Made by a program: the position numbers and the translations under genes | Source of the DNA: Octopus sinensis | Taxonomy: Eukaryota | Assembly: GCF_006345805.1 (NCBI RefSeq) | Contig: NW_021834989.1 | Coordinates: forward strand, 1 to 43,600 | Direction: 5' to 3' | DNA length: 43,600 nt | The notes under the pieces: model-generated | The model's input: only the letters and a program-made list of their open reading frames with translations | Database searches by the model: none | What the model was told of the DNA's origin: nothing | In this document: positions 11,324 through 22,968 of the stretch, in pieces | Position numbering within the stretch: the first letter of the stretch is position 1 | How the letters are laid out: each line of letters starts with the position of its first letter

Positions 11324-12056
11324 TACAAAATATAAGTTATATCTTGAGATCGTTAGTGACACAAACCCTCAAAATATATAAAAGACTGGAATAGTAGTGC
11401 TCAAATGAGCTATATACACTTTTGTCCTCCGAGGGTAGGCAATTCAACCAGCAACTACAAGAGCACTACAAAATCCACAGAAAGATCAAACACATACATA
11501 TATTCATATATTCATTTATATCTACAGAACAGGCATAAAGCCCGACGTTTAGAAATATGTAGCAATATATAAATATATAAACATCATATAAAAATATATT
11601 TTACGCATAAGATCCATTCGACGTTCCATAAGAAATTGAGAAATAAAAATTGCAATAAAAGTTAGAGGTAATAATAACAATTGAATTAAATATAGTAAAT
11701 ATAGTAAGTAGTAATTAAAATCAAACTAACGTATGGTAATTAAAACGTAATATAACAATTAAAAGAAAAAATAGCAATTAGTATAAAATGCATCAAGGAC
11801 TTGAACTCGAATATGTGGCGTTGCATGAATGGGAGAAATTAAAAGATGAAAAATTTAATTGAGTGCAGAAGGGAATTAGTCCAGATGGAGCTGTGCGCAT
11901 ACCATTTACTATAGCTGCTAGATTGAATTATATGCTTATAAAGTAGCATTCAGTATCTATGAGAATTTTTGGGAGTACGTAATATATGGTCTTTCGCATG
12001 TAGCACTTATGTAATTATGCATTTGTTTCCGTGTACTATGTGTTGTGTGTAAAAAA

Positions 12057-12139
12057 CATCCTGACGTTGGGGAGTGTCAATTTTAAATATATTATGTGTT
12101 TCATATTAATTGGTGCAACTCCGAACTGGCCCGTAGATG
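12057..12139 (+). ncRNA. Decayed type I hammerhead-like motif with long helix II
   Basis: CATC-CTGACGT-TG-GGAGTGTCAATT...AATTGGTGCAACTCC-GAAC-TGGCCC-GTA-GATG. Helix I CATC/GATG is perfect; core has A9>T and one A missing from GAAA. Confidence 0.5.
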
Positions 12140-12269
12140 AACTTTTATGTATTTTTGTAAATTTGTATATTTATTTTCTATGCATTTTTCTCTGGAATTT
12201 TAATTCGTCTTTTTAATGTCATTGTATGTTTTATTACCCGAAATTTTTAATTTAACAAATTTATACCAA

Positions 12270-12310
12270 ACTAGCACTATGACCCGGCATCGCCGGGTCA
12301 TAATGCTAGT
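12270..12310. mobile_element. 41-bp palindrome made of two fused Helitron 3' termini
   Basis: ACTAGCACTATGACCCGGC-ATC-GCCGGGTCATAATGCTAGT; arms match 18/19; hairpin plus CTAG on both strands. Confidence 0.7.
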
Positions 12311-12529
12311 ATATATATAATCATGGAACCATTATTTATTGTTGGGATATAAGTATAACTTAGCCCGACGAATCCACATTTACCCGTACTTTATACCGTG
12401 GTTCAATCCTCATATCCCCGTTAAAGCAAAATGTGAATGCAGTAATAATAAAACGAGTGCGATTCATTTCCAATAATTAACTAATGATAATTGTTTATTG
12501 CTTTCGACACATACGTGTATGTGTGTTTA

Positions 12530-12715
12530 TTAGCCTCACTCTTTGAAAACCAGTGGTGGGATATTTACGTCACCGTAAGCTAGCGGTTCGGCATAACTAC
12601 TGACAGAATAAGTATGAGGCTTAACAAATAAGAACTGGGCTCGGTTTGTATGATTAAACCCATCCAGACGCTACCCTGACATGGCCGCACTCTAATAATT
12701 GAAACAAGTAGAACA
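12530..12715 (+). mobile_element. SINE family B, 3' half, decayed
   Basis: TTTACGTCACCGTAAGCTAGCGGTTCGGCA...AGAATAAGTA...CATGGCCGCA...TGAAACAAGTA. Confidence 0.75.
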
Positions 12716-12872
12716 TTATATACATCAGTAGCCTTCATTAGCAACTAATAAAATTCCAATAATTCCCAAAATTAGCTCTCTCAAATCATTAAAATTAAAT
12801 AATTCTAGTTGTATCTGGCAAACGTCTACATCAAAAATTCACAAATATTTAACGCATATTTTATTATTTCGT

Positions 12873-12922
<50 letters not shown>

Positions 12923-12923
12923 G

Positions 12924-13747
12924 TACGAGATGTGCCCAAAAGAAACCGCAATGTTTCAATACTATTTTATTCACTTGGTTTTACATGTTTACAGACTTAT
13001 CGCCTTCAAAGTTTTCTCCATTTGAAGCGATGTATCGGTCCAGATGCATTTTCCACTATTCGAAGCAGTCCTCCTTCGTTCTTTTTCTTCACCTCTTCCA
13101 CATCTGTAAATTCCGTGAGCACCAGCTTTCGTCATCGGTGATGACCTTCCAAAAAAGGTCCGGATCTGTTTTTTCAGTTCACGACACGCATTCAGATCTG
13201 ACTGCGTTTGATCTTCCGTGAGCAAGCGAGGCACAAATTTTGCTGCAACTTTTTTCATTCACAAGTCCTCGCTCAAAATTCGTTGAGAGGATCTCGAGGA
13301 CACACCACTCATATCAACAAGTTCGCCAATTGTTCGGTGACGGTCCAGTCCTCCAAGATCAATTCATAAATTTTCATGATGTTCGGGAGGTCGACGGTCG
13401 TCCTGAACGAGGTTGGTCTTCAAACGATAACTGAACATTTCTAAAGTGTGGAAACTGCTTGTAAATTTGTGTTTTACTCATGGCAGTGACTTTGTAAGCT
13501 TTTTAAAGCATGGCAACTGTTTCGGCCACCGTTTATTCAGCAGAAAGCAGGATTTCACAGAGGTGCACTGTTCTTTCGTTGTGGCCATCGCAAAAATCAA
13601 TGAACAAGGCAGAAGCATGCAGAACAAATACGCATCACGTGGCAGTTCGATCTCGCACGCATCAAGTGGCGTTTAGCGACGGAAGCCTGAACTACAAAGG
13701 GTTTATCCCACTGACAAATTTTCCGGTTACTTTTGGGTACCTTCTCG

Positions 13748-13749
<2 letters not shown>
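12924..13749 (-). mobile_element. Mariner transposon, internally deleted (~825 bp)
   Basis: Imperfect TIRs CGAGATGTGCCCAAAAGAAACCG / CGGTTACTTTTGGGTACCTTCTCG; lies between (TA)n tracts. Confidence 0.9.
12989..13588 (-). pseudogene. Mariner transposase pseudogene
   Basis: Minus strand from ATG 13588: MATTKEQ..VKSCFLLNK / AETVAML*KAY..AMSKTQ..EDQPRSGRPSTS / KKVAAKFVPRLLTEDQ (WVPHEL-equivalent motif); stops and frameshifts; most of the catalytic domain is missing. Confidence 0.88.
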
Positions 13750-13817
<68 letters not shown>

Positions 13818-13820
<3 letters not shown>

Positions 13821-14047
13821 CTTAGGGTAGCAAAAAAAGTTTTAGAAAAATTCTCCGCCAATTGTAAAGTAAAATAAAATTTATTTTATTTACAAAAGAT
13901 TGCCGAAACTATGCATAGTCCAGGAAAGATAGGGTAAACGTTTTTATTTCTCTTTCCCCTTCAGAATTAAAACTATTAGTGTTTGGAGTTTAACTGCTCT
14001 TTCTAGTGAGTCAGATGTCCTATTATGGTCATCTCTTATGTGTTTAA

Positions 14048-14050
<3 letters not shown>
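13818..14050 (+). mobile_element. (TA)n-embedded element with 3' half of a hammerhead-like motif
   Basis: GAAA-CTATGCATAG-TC at 13905-13920 (perfect palindrome ACTATGCATAGT plus GUC); no CTGANGA upstream; terminal hairpin AGATGTCC...GGTCATCT shared with 17937-18050. Confidence 0.45.
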
Positions 14051-14101
<51 letters not shown>

Positions 14102-14227
14102 CATGTAAGTACACACACATGTATATAATATTTAATATATATATATGTGAGTGTGTATATATATTTACATAAATATAGATAGATATAGATATACATACAT
14201 ATTATACATGCACACACACATGTATGT

Positions 14228-14410
14228 ATGTATGTTTAACCCTCATTAAACAGACCTATGATCAAACACATTCCTGCCATGATCATCTCATCTTTTCTTT
14301 TTTATATACCAGGAACTACATTACACAAGATATTTCAGTTTATTAAGACAGGAGGGGTGGGGGTGATTTCAGGCTATTTGCCTGCTATGTTTTGCAGACC
14401 GAGCAAAGCA
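14228..14410 (-). mobile_element. Repeat family D copy
   Basis: AACAGACCTATGATCAAA...GGTGATTTCAGGCTATTTGCCTGCTAT...GCAGA is the reverse complement of the 1676-1897 segments. Confidence 0.5.
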
Positions 14411-14891
14411 TTAAGACTCTGTCACTGTGTCAGTATTCTTAGCTATTTTTGTTCATTGGTTTCTTAGAGGGAGCGGTGTTTGCAACAGGCTTTGTGGCGC
14501 GGTAAAATATCGGTTGGGTGATATAGTTCAGCGAGAAGGAAAGACACATTGAAAAGAAAGAATTATTTTACTGTGGGAAACAATCACGAAGGGTTATGTC
14601 CCTGAATAGTCAATGTCCCTTGTTTACTTTCGGAAATTTGGCTTTGTTCCGACTTTTACTAGAAATAGTGCAGAATTGGTTGATTTTCGATTTCCTCTTA
14701 CTGTTGTTGCTGTTGTTGTCTTCATCGTCGTTGTTGTTGTTGTTGCCCGAGAGACCCTTTTAAGTAAAAGGGGTCAATGCCAATTGTTGCTTTGTATGTC
14801 TTTCTTTCGTGATTCATTAACCCTTCAAAAACCTCTTTAGACAGGAACCTCACACAAAATGATTTTCGAACATTTAATCTTACTTTCTAGC

Positions 14892-14923
<32 letters not shown>

Positions 14924-15011
14924 ACCGTCTACAATTATTAATTCCACTCCTCCGTCATTTCTAAAATTATCACTGACCGCCCTAACAACCGCTGGCACCA
15001 CCCCACCGCCC

Positions 15012-15012
<1 letters not shown>

Positions 15013-15071
<59 letters not shown>

Positions 15072-15072
15072 A
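15013..15072. repeat. (CTA)n microsatellite
   Basis: Direct reading; source of the poly-Leu ORF. Confidence 0.95.
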
Positions 15073-15287
15073 CTGTTATTCATATTTTGACAGCAATTGA
15101 AAATGGAGCGTTCTTCCATTTTGATCGATTCGACTCATTCTTTTGTCTCGCTACTTCCTTCTTTTAACTCTTCACCCCTTTTCTTGTGCACATTCTTTCT
15201 CTCTATCTCTCTCTCTTGCTCTCTCTTTCTCTCTCTATTTTTGTTCCCTGATATGTCTCGGGATACGCCAGTCTAAAGATGAATTAC

Positions 15288-15355
<68 letters not shown>

Positions 15356-15384
15356 CATATATATCTATCTATATATATATATAT

Positions 15385-15426
<42 letters not shown>

Positions 15427-15440
15427 ATATATATATTGTA

Positions 15441-15475
<35 letters not shown>
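15288..15475. repeat. (TA)n microsatellite
   Basis: Direct reading. Confidence 0.95.
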
Positions 15476-15481
<6 letters not shown>

Positions 15482-15594
15482 ATTTCGGAATAGTCATTTT
15501 GCCAGTTTAGCCAATAAAAACACACACACACTATATATTTGGTGTTACTTTGTTCAGCGTTATATATTTTTTACATTAATCTTAATCTTATTTC

Positions 15595-15638
15595 GGCCAG
15601 ATTTCTTTCGTCACACTTCTGTGACCGCATCAGTGGTC
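15595..15638 (-). ncRNA. Type I hammerhead-like motif, copy 1 of a tandem pair
   Basis: Minus strand GACCA-CTGATGC-G-GTCACA-GAAG-TGTGAC-GAAA-GAAA-TC-TGGCC; helix I CCA/TGG, perfect 6-bp helix II, A9>C. Confidence 0.55.
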
Positions 15639-15913
15639 CTTTGCTTTCTTCTTTCTTATTTGTGTGTCTCACCTTACTAACCGTCAGCCATTTTGTATTT
15701 CAGTTGTATGTGACTTCATTTGCACATGCATATATCTCTATGTGCGTCTATGTTTAGTTAGTGTGTGTGTGGGGGGGAGGGGAAATGCCTGTAATATTTG
15801 TATCATGTATTGCTGTTTTACGGGATGGTCATTTTTTTTTGTTTTGGCCAAATAAACACACGCACTATATATTTGTTCTTCACTTGTTTATTTCTGTTCT
15901 TATTCATGTCAGT

Positions 15914-15958
15914 TGTCCGGAAATCTTTCGTCACACATGTGTGACCTCTTCAGAAACA
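15914..15958 (-). ncRNA. Type I hammerhead-like motif, copy 2 of a tandem pair
   Basis: Minus strand TGTTT-CTGAAGA-G-GTCACA-CATG-TGTGAC-GAAA-GATT-TC-C-GGACA; canonical core, perfect helix II, helix I with G-U pairs. Confidence 0.65.
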
Positions 15959-16067
15959 TTTTCCGTGTGTGCTCTTGCTCCACTTACTCCATATATACTT
16001 ATATATGCATATGTATATATGTATATATGAGTGTGTGTTTCTGTGTGTGTGTGTGTGGATGTTTGTG

Positions 16068-16265
16068 TGAAGGCGCGTTGCATTCACGATCGCTAGATCG
16101 TGCTTTCGATTCCCGGATCATGCAGCGCCTTGTGTTCTTAAGTGAAATACTTTATTTTATGTTGCTCGACGAGTGGCAGGGTGTCAAAACCGTTGATGCG
16201 CAAGCAGAAATGTTTTACGTTATACATTCCGGCTCTCTTCATTCTGAGTTCAAATCCCACCTACC
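16068..16265 (+). mobile_element. SINE family C head fragment followed by a family A head fragment
   Basis: GAAGGCGCG...TTCGATTCCCGG...TTGTGTTCTTAAGTGAAATACTTTATTT, then GAGTGGCAG...TTCTGAGTTCAAATCCC. Confidence 0.55.
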
Positions 16266-16444
16266 TGGAGAAGGCAACGGGAAAATATTCCTCTATTTAT
16301 TCGAAGTCTAGTCAAGGTCGCCGAAGTTTCAGTAACCCACTGGGGTTCGTAGGCCTTGTACAGAGCGCTGGAGAAGGTTTACATGCATAGGACCCACCCA
16401 AGCATACAACGGCGCTAGATGATCTATACATATTTTATACATTG

Positions 16445-17305
16445 TATGTGTGTTTGCCTGTGTGTGTGTCTATGTATGTATGTATGTATGTATGTATGTA
16501 TGTATGTATGTATGTATGTATGTATGTATGTATATATGTATGTATGTATGTATGCATGTATGTATGTATTTATGTATGTTAATGCTTATGGAAATAATTT
16601 ACGACAAAGAAAAGGAAATTAAGCAAAGAAATGATAGTAATTGAACTCAGTAACACTTGACTAATGCCTTCTTAGTTTTCTTGGCACAACAAGCTCGCAG
16701 TTTACTCTTCGGGTGCAGCGCTACATCTCACACCACAGGTGTACCTAGTTACACAAACAGACATGCACAACCGCATACATATATATGTGCATCTATATAT
16801 GCAGATATATATGTACATCATGTATCTATCTATATATATATATACACACACACACACAAACTCATGCATGCACACACGACACGTGTATATATATATATAT
16901 ATATATATACATGCACGCACATATACAGGGAGAGAGGAAAAAAGTATAGAGGGAAAGAGAGGTGAGAGGGGGAAGGAGAAAGAAATCAAGAAAAAGGAAA
17001 AGCGAGAGGAGGGAGGGAGAGAGAGAGGAAGAGAGAGAGGGAGAGAGAGAGAAAGAGAGCGCTAGAGTATACCGTTTTTGACATAAAAGAAAATGGATGT
17101 ATAAGGAATGTATATAAATTAGTATTTTTTGAAATTTCTTACTTTGCTAGAATCTCAGGGTAATGATACCATTAAACCTAATATATCAACACCTTAAAAG
17201 CAGTACACACACACACACACAAAATCTGCGCATGCACACACACATATACGTGTGTGTATGAACAAGTGCTTGTGTTCTATATATATATATGTTTGTGTGT
17301 GTGTG

Positions 17306-17337
<32 letters not shown>

Positions 17338-17430
17338 CATATACATATATATATGTATATATACGTATATATTTATGTATATGTATGTATATGTATATAC
17401 GTATATGTGTTGTGTGTTTATGTATGTATG
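16445..17430. repeat. Compound (TATG)n, (TA)n, (CA)n and GA-rich microsatellite field
   Basis: Direct reading. Confidence 0.9.
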
Positions 17431-17793
17431 CATGTATATACGCGCACTTAACTCTGTGTTAAGAATGAATTATTCATCGAATATATTTGTATATAATAAA
17501 TGTAAAAGTGGACGTAGATATATAGGATTGGATGAAGAAGATGAAAAAGAAAAAAAATGCGAATACCATATATTATTATGTTTCTTGCGGGACTTGTTTG
17601 TAAGATTTGGAAAAACACTAATAGAAATTATGAGTCAGAGAGAGTGTCCACGCAGTTGAACCGGAGAGGAGGAAGAAAAACGTGGTAAAAGGGGAAATAA
17701 TAAGAAACGTGAGAGGAGGAATTTATATTAGATTTGGGGAAAACAAGGGAGAAAGGATATTTCTATCGAAATAGTGATGTGATATTTGCAGTA

Positions 17794-18207
<414 letters not shown>

Positions 18208-18337
18208 TCAATCCAAACATGAACAAGCAAGAAAAAAAACAAAACAAAGGTACAGAGTAGTCCGTCAGTTTAATGTAAAATTGCTTTTATGGTAACTAAA
18301 CAAAAAATCAAACAGTAATACATATATATCAAATATA

Positions 18338-18470
18338 AGGCAGCGACCTAGCAGAGTCCGTATTGGCATTTGGTCTGTCTTTACATTCTTAGTTCAAATT
18401 CTCCCGAAGTCGACTTTGCCATTCATTCTCTCTACGTGGATGCCAAAAATTGAAACCAATATAAATCAAG
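18338..18470 (+). mobile_element. SINE family A, decayed
   Basis: GGCAGCGACCTAGCAGA...GTTCAAATTC...GTCGACTTTGCCATTCAT. Confidence 0.7.
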
Positions 18471-19009
18471 CATACACAGGCACACACACACATACACACA
18501 CACAATGCATATATATATATATATATATATATCTGAGTGTGCGTGTGTGTGTGTATGTGTATGCACACTCGGCTACATGTACGCACACACACACACACAC
18601 ATATATACATAGAAGCATATATGTATACGCACCTACATACATAAAAGTATATGCGCTTGTGTGCTGAGTGTGTATGTGCTAGTGTGTGTGTGTGTGTGTG
18701 TGTGTGCATGTGTATGAGCGTTCGTTTGTGCATAGTTAAAATGGACAGAAAATTGAAAATAATATCCGCTTACATATGAAAAGAAATTGGCGTCGTACTC
18801 TATATATTCTCTGGGCATTGAAATAAATATATGGACATGTACTTCATTCATCAGCGCAACTACAAAATACTTAACAAAATGAGTTCACTTCATTGGCTTT
18901 CAGCCCCTTTTTGGTCTATGAACCGCTGTGATTCGTCTTTAACATTTCTGGGCATCCATAGCTATTTGCTGAATATAAATATAATTTACTGTATTTTCAA
19001 TAACTGAAT

Positions 19010-19510
19010 ATACTTATTCTATCGGTTCTTTTTGGTGAATCGCTATGTTACCGGGAGGTGACCAAACAGACACCAGTTGCCAAGTGGTAGTGGACACACA
19101 CACACACTATATATATATATTAAGTTTAGTCATAGGTGGTTACAAAGCGAATGTCTTCGCTTTTACTCTTTTACACTTTTACTTGTTTCAGTCATTTGAT
19201 TGTGGCCATGCTGGAGCACAGCCTTTAGTCGGGTAAATCGACCTCAGGACTTGTTCTTTGTAAGCCTAGTACTTATTCTATTATTATTCTTTTGCCGAAC
19301 CACTTAGTTACGAGGAATTAAACGCACCATCATCGGTTTTCAGGCGATGTTGGGGGCACAGACACACAAACGTATACACGCACATACAAGACTTTGTTCG
19401 GCCCGAGGGTATAGTAGAAGACACTTGCCTATGATACCACGCAGTGGGACTGAACCCGGAACCATGTGGTTGTTAAGCAAGCCACTTACTACACAGCCAC
19501 TCCTATGTCT
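19010..19510 (-). mobile_element. SINE family B: fragment (19010-19100) and near full-length copy (19160-19510)
   Basis: Matches 2931-3346 throughout, with a deletion in the middle. Confidence 0.88.
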
Positions 19511-19944
19511 ATTATAAAGGGCCTTTATAAAAGATATTATAAGAATGCTTGACCAATCAAAATGAATGTGAAAAGGAAATTTAAGAATAACTTACAGATA
19601 TAGGAACTATATGCTGGCAATAAATTCCTCATACGAATACCTTTACGAATCCACCTTTGCAACACCATTAGCTGCCCATTCATTTTTACGATGGTCTCTT
19701 TGCTAGAAATGCAATCGTGAAAGGAGAACCTAATCTGATCTATCTCGATACTTTCACCCTCTCCTTCCAATCGCTTTGCACAAAAGAAATATTTTCGTTC
19801 AAATCTCTCACAGAATTCAACAATTGGTATTATAGGCGTGTGTGTGTGTCCGCGCGCTCTTGTCTATTATACAGGCAATCACATATATATATATACGCAT
19901 ACATACCCACCCGTATATCCGTATATGTGTGTGCGTGTGTGTTA

Positions 19945-19979
<35 letters not shown>

Positions 19980-21465
19980 TAATAGTATACATTCAGCCAC
20001 ATATCGTATTATACATACATAATGTATATATAATACGATATCGTGCAAGAGGTGTATTAAAAATTACGATACGTTTTCATTTTATTGCGATTACTATTGT
20101 TCTAATTGATTAATATGATATTTCATGTTAGATGAAGCAATGCAATAATAGAAACACCTGCTATATTGTCATAAATCTTTTGTTTTATGACTTCTGCTCT
20201 GTAACTGCGTCGGCGTATTTGTATGAATGTATATGTATGTATGTTAGTTGGTATATAGGTGCGTATATGTGAGCAAATGTGTTATGTGTACGTGATGATT
20301 TCGGTTTCTTCTATTAATTTGATCATATGTTCTTTTGTTCGTATTTTTTTGGGAGATTTTGTGGCAGTCAGGGACTGATTGGAAGCAATTGAGCAGAATT
20401 AGTATTCTGTATTGTACCTACTATATTTTCTGTACAAATTGTTCAGGGTTTGTCATCTGTCTTGCTAAACCTTTACTATTCTTAACAGCTGAGCAATGCA
20501 GTTAATACAACGTCATCCATTATATTCTATAGGGAAGTAGTTAAGCGTTTAAATGTCGGTAACTTTAGAGGTATCTAGTAGTCATTGAAGATGTACTTAA
20601 CAGTGTTTCCCGGAAATGTTTAGAACAGAGATCGCAGATATATTTCAAGTTTAATTTGACAGTATTACTGGAGATCTTTACAGACTGGAGTAAGATCAGC
20701 AGTCAAGATTATCCAATATACGAGAAGAATGAAATTCCTCTTATTAAGAGACATACAACTATTTTCAGCCATTTTTTCTACCGTGTGGACGTATATATTT
20801 TTTTTTATTAAAAATGTCCAGAGCTTTTACGCTTGATTGGGAAGGAGCGATGGGAGGCAAACACGACAGACAGTGTAGTTGTAACACCAAAGACAGTGTA
20901 GTTGTCGTCTGTTTTGATAAACCCGCCAGTCAAAGCGAAAACATGATTTTTACGGATTTTTGTTCTTAGGAGAAATTTAATAAAAAAGTCAGTAGGTGTT
21001 AACTCTGACAATACCAGGAACGCTATAGTGTAGCACAGCAGTGTGGCTAAAAGTAGTTCCGATATAAATAGCATTAACAAGAAGAACAAGAAAATCGCCA
21101 TCAACGACATCAACATCTTTGGTATTAATACCAAAATCAAGAACAAAATAACGTAATGGAACGTGAAAATGATAAAGAAATGTTAACAGTAACAAAGTCC
21201 AACAATAAAATGTTTGTGTACGTCAATGAAAAGTCGAACGAAATAAGTGACACAAGAATTATTAATAACATCAAGGATACAGGAGAAAACGATAACAGCA
21301 ATAAAAATAAAAGCATCACTGTCTGTAAGCGACAGAAATAAACCATAAGAATAAAGAAGAAAATCATGAACGACAACGACGCTTTCCCATTTACGTACAA
21401 GGCAAGAAGTTGTCAGGGCAGGTTATTAGGTGAAATATTCGATCCAAATATATGATTAATACTTT

Positions 21466-21760
21466 ATTTATCATCATCATCATCGTGGTCAGGTTTCGCA
21501 CTATGCGATGCTGTGGTCATCACGATGTCTTGCCACCTTATCCTGTCCTCTACAGCTGAGAATAAAGAGAATCCTGAGGCTGCGATGTCTTTCAGCCAAG
21601 AAGTGGGTGGTCTGCCTCTTTTACGTCTGCCGTTCACCTTGCCAGTTATGATCGTTCGCTCAAGTCCATCCCGGCGCATGACGTTGCCAAAGAACCGGCA
21701 GCTTCTGCTTCATTATGTTTCGTCGAAGCATCATCTCGCAACCGAGCTTTTCTAGTACCC
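21466..21760 (-). mobile_element. RTE-clade LINE 3' end
   Basis: Minus strand RFFGNVMRRDGLERTIITGKVNGRRKRGRPPTSWLKDI...EDRIRW, typical RTE ORF C-terminus, followed by a (GAT)n tail. Confidence 0.88.
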
Positions 21761-22186
21761 AGTTGTTCGTCCTTCAAAGTTGACTTCGGCGGGATTTGGG
21801 CTTAAAACACAAAGAAATGCAATAAATATCGCAAAGCATTTTTCTTTTATTCTGTTTTAACTATTCAGGCAGGTTGCTGTTATTATCGTTTCTGTTGGAG
21901 GTGCATGACCTGTAATTTAGAGGGGCGGGTTTATTATTTTTATTTAAATCCTTATATTTCATTTTCTTAATATTTTATTTTTTATTGTGTTTTTGTGAAC
22001 CTGATTGGTCTTCCGTCCTGGAGATCTACTAGATCTATTTTTAGTGTTCTGTTATTTGCATGTCCTAGCTCTGTCATTTTGCACAGTGGGTTTAATTTTT
22101 AAAGCTTTATTCACAATGATTACATGCTTGTTTTTGTCAATGGATTGTATTTTCGTCGAGTCATATATTTGAATGTCTGTCAGCAG

Positions 22187-22700
22187 TTAGGATTTCAGAA
22201 TGTAACTTCTTAAGTTGACTCGTCTGTTAGGAACTAAATTTACATTTAGATCCGAGACATTTCCTTTCCAGGTAAAACAGTATTCTCTCTTTATGGATAA
22301 AGTATAAACTATCCAAATAGTACAGAAATTTATTCTCCTCGTGTCAATATTTGCATTTCCTGTTTTAATCAGAAGACTTGCGGTATAATTTCCGCTCTTT
22401 TCGTGGAGTACTGGTTTACAAGCTTCTAACATTTCGGTATTTTCACCCTCTTCATTTTCGTACTCTTTAATATTAACCATGGTCCTTCTCCTTTGCATTT
22501 GACACTTTTTTTCTGGATGATTGCAATACGTCTGTCTGAATAGTGATTTGAGTTATCAATTAGCAGGTATCAAGTACTTACTAATTGGTTATTACTGTCA
22601 TCATGTGCTATTTTTTACATATATTAAACAAAAAACAGTATTTCATTAAGTCAATAAATGATATTTCCACATGTTTCCTTCAATATTTACGTCATTTTTT
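22187..22700 (-). pseudogene. Possible highly decayed Penelope-type GIY-YIG endonuclease remnant
   Basis: One minus frame reads LFRQTYCNH...MLEACKPVLHEK...SLLIK, in the order of the PLE motifs FKxRYxNH...ILxxxKPY...LxEK...LLNK; similarity is weak. Confidence 0.3.
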
Positions 22701-22737
22701 TTCAATTTTCTTCATTCTTATTTAATTGATTTTTTTA

Positions 22738-22968
22738 GGAGCAGCTATATGATAAGCAGGCCGAATCGTTAGCACGCTGAGCCAAATTCTTAGCAGCATT
22801 TTAGTCCGTCTTTCCGTTTTGAGTTCAAATTTCGCTGAGGTCAACAGTGTCTTTCATCCTCTCGGAGGTGTCGATAAAAGAAATATCAACCAAGCACTGG
22901 GGGTCAATGCAATCGACTTACCCCTCCCCCACAATTGCTGGCCTTCGTTCCAAAATTTGAAACCAATA
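22738..22968 (+). mobile_element. SINE family A copy
   Basis: GAATCGTTAGCACGC...GAGTTCAAAT...CTTTCATCCT...CACTGGGGGTCAATGCAATCGACTTA...CCAAAATTTGAAACC. Confidence 0.85.

Noticed and set aside
18830-18856. Minus-strand CTGATGA-AT-GAAGTACATGTC
   Set aside because: No helix II and altered GAAA; could be chance.
20128-20165. TAGATGAAGC...GAAACACCTG hammerhead-like trace
   Set aside because: Multiple core mismatches and no convincing helices.
20808-21400. Hydrophobic and Asn/Lys-rich ORFs
   Set aside because: Degenerate AAC/AAT-rich low-complexity DNA; no splice or domain support.
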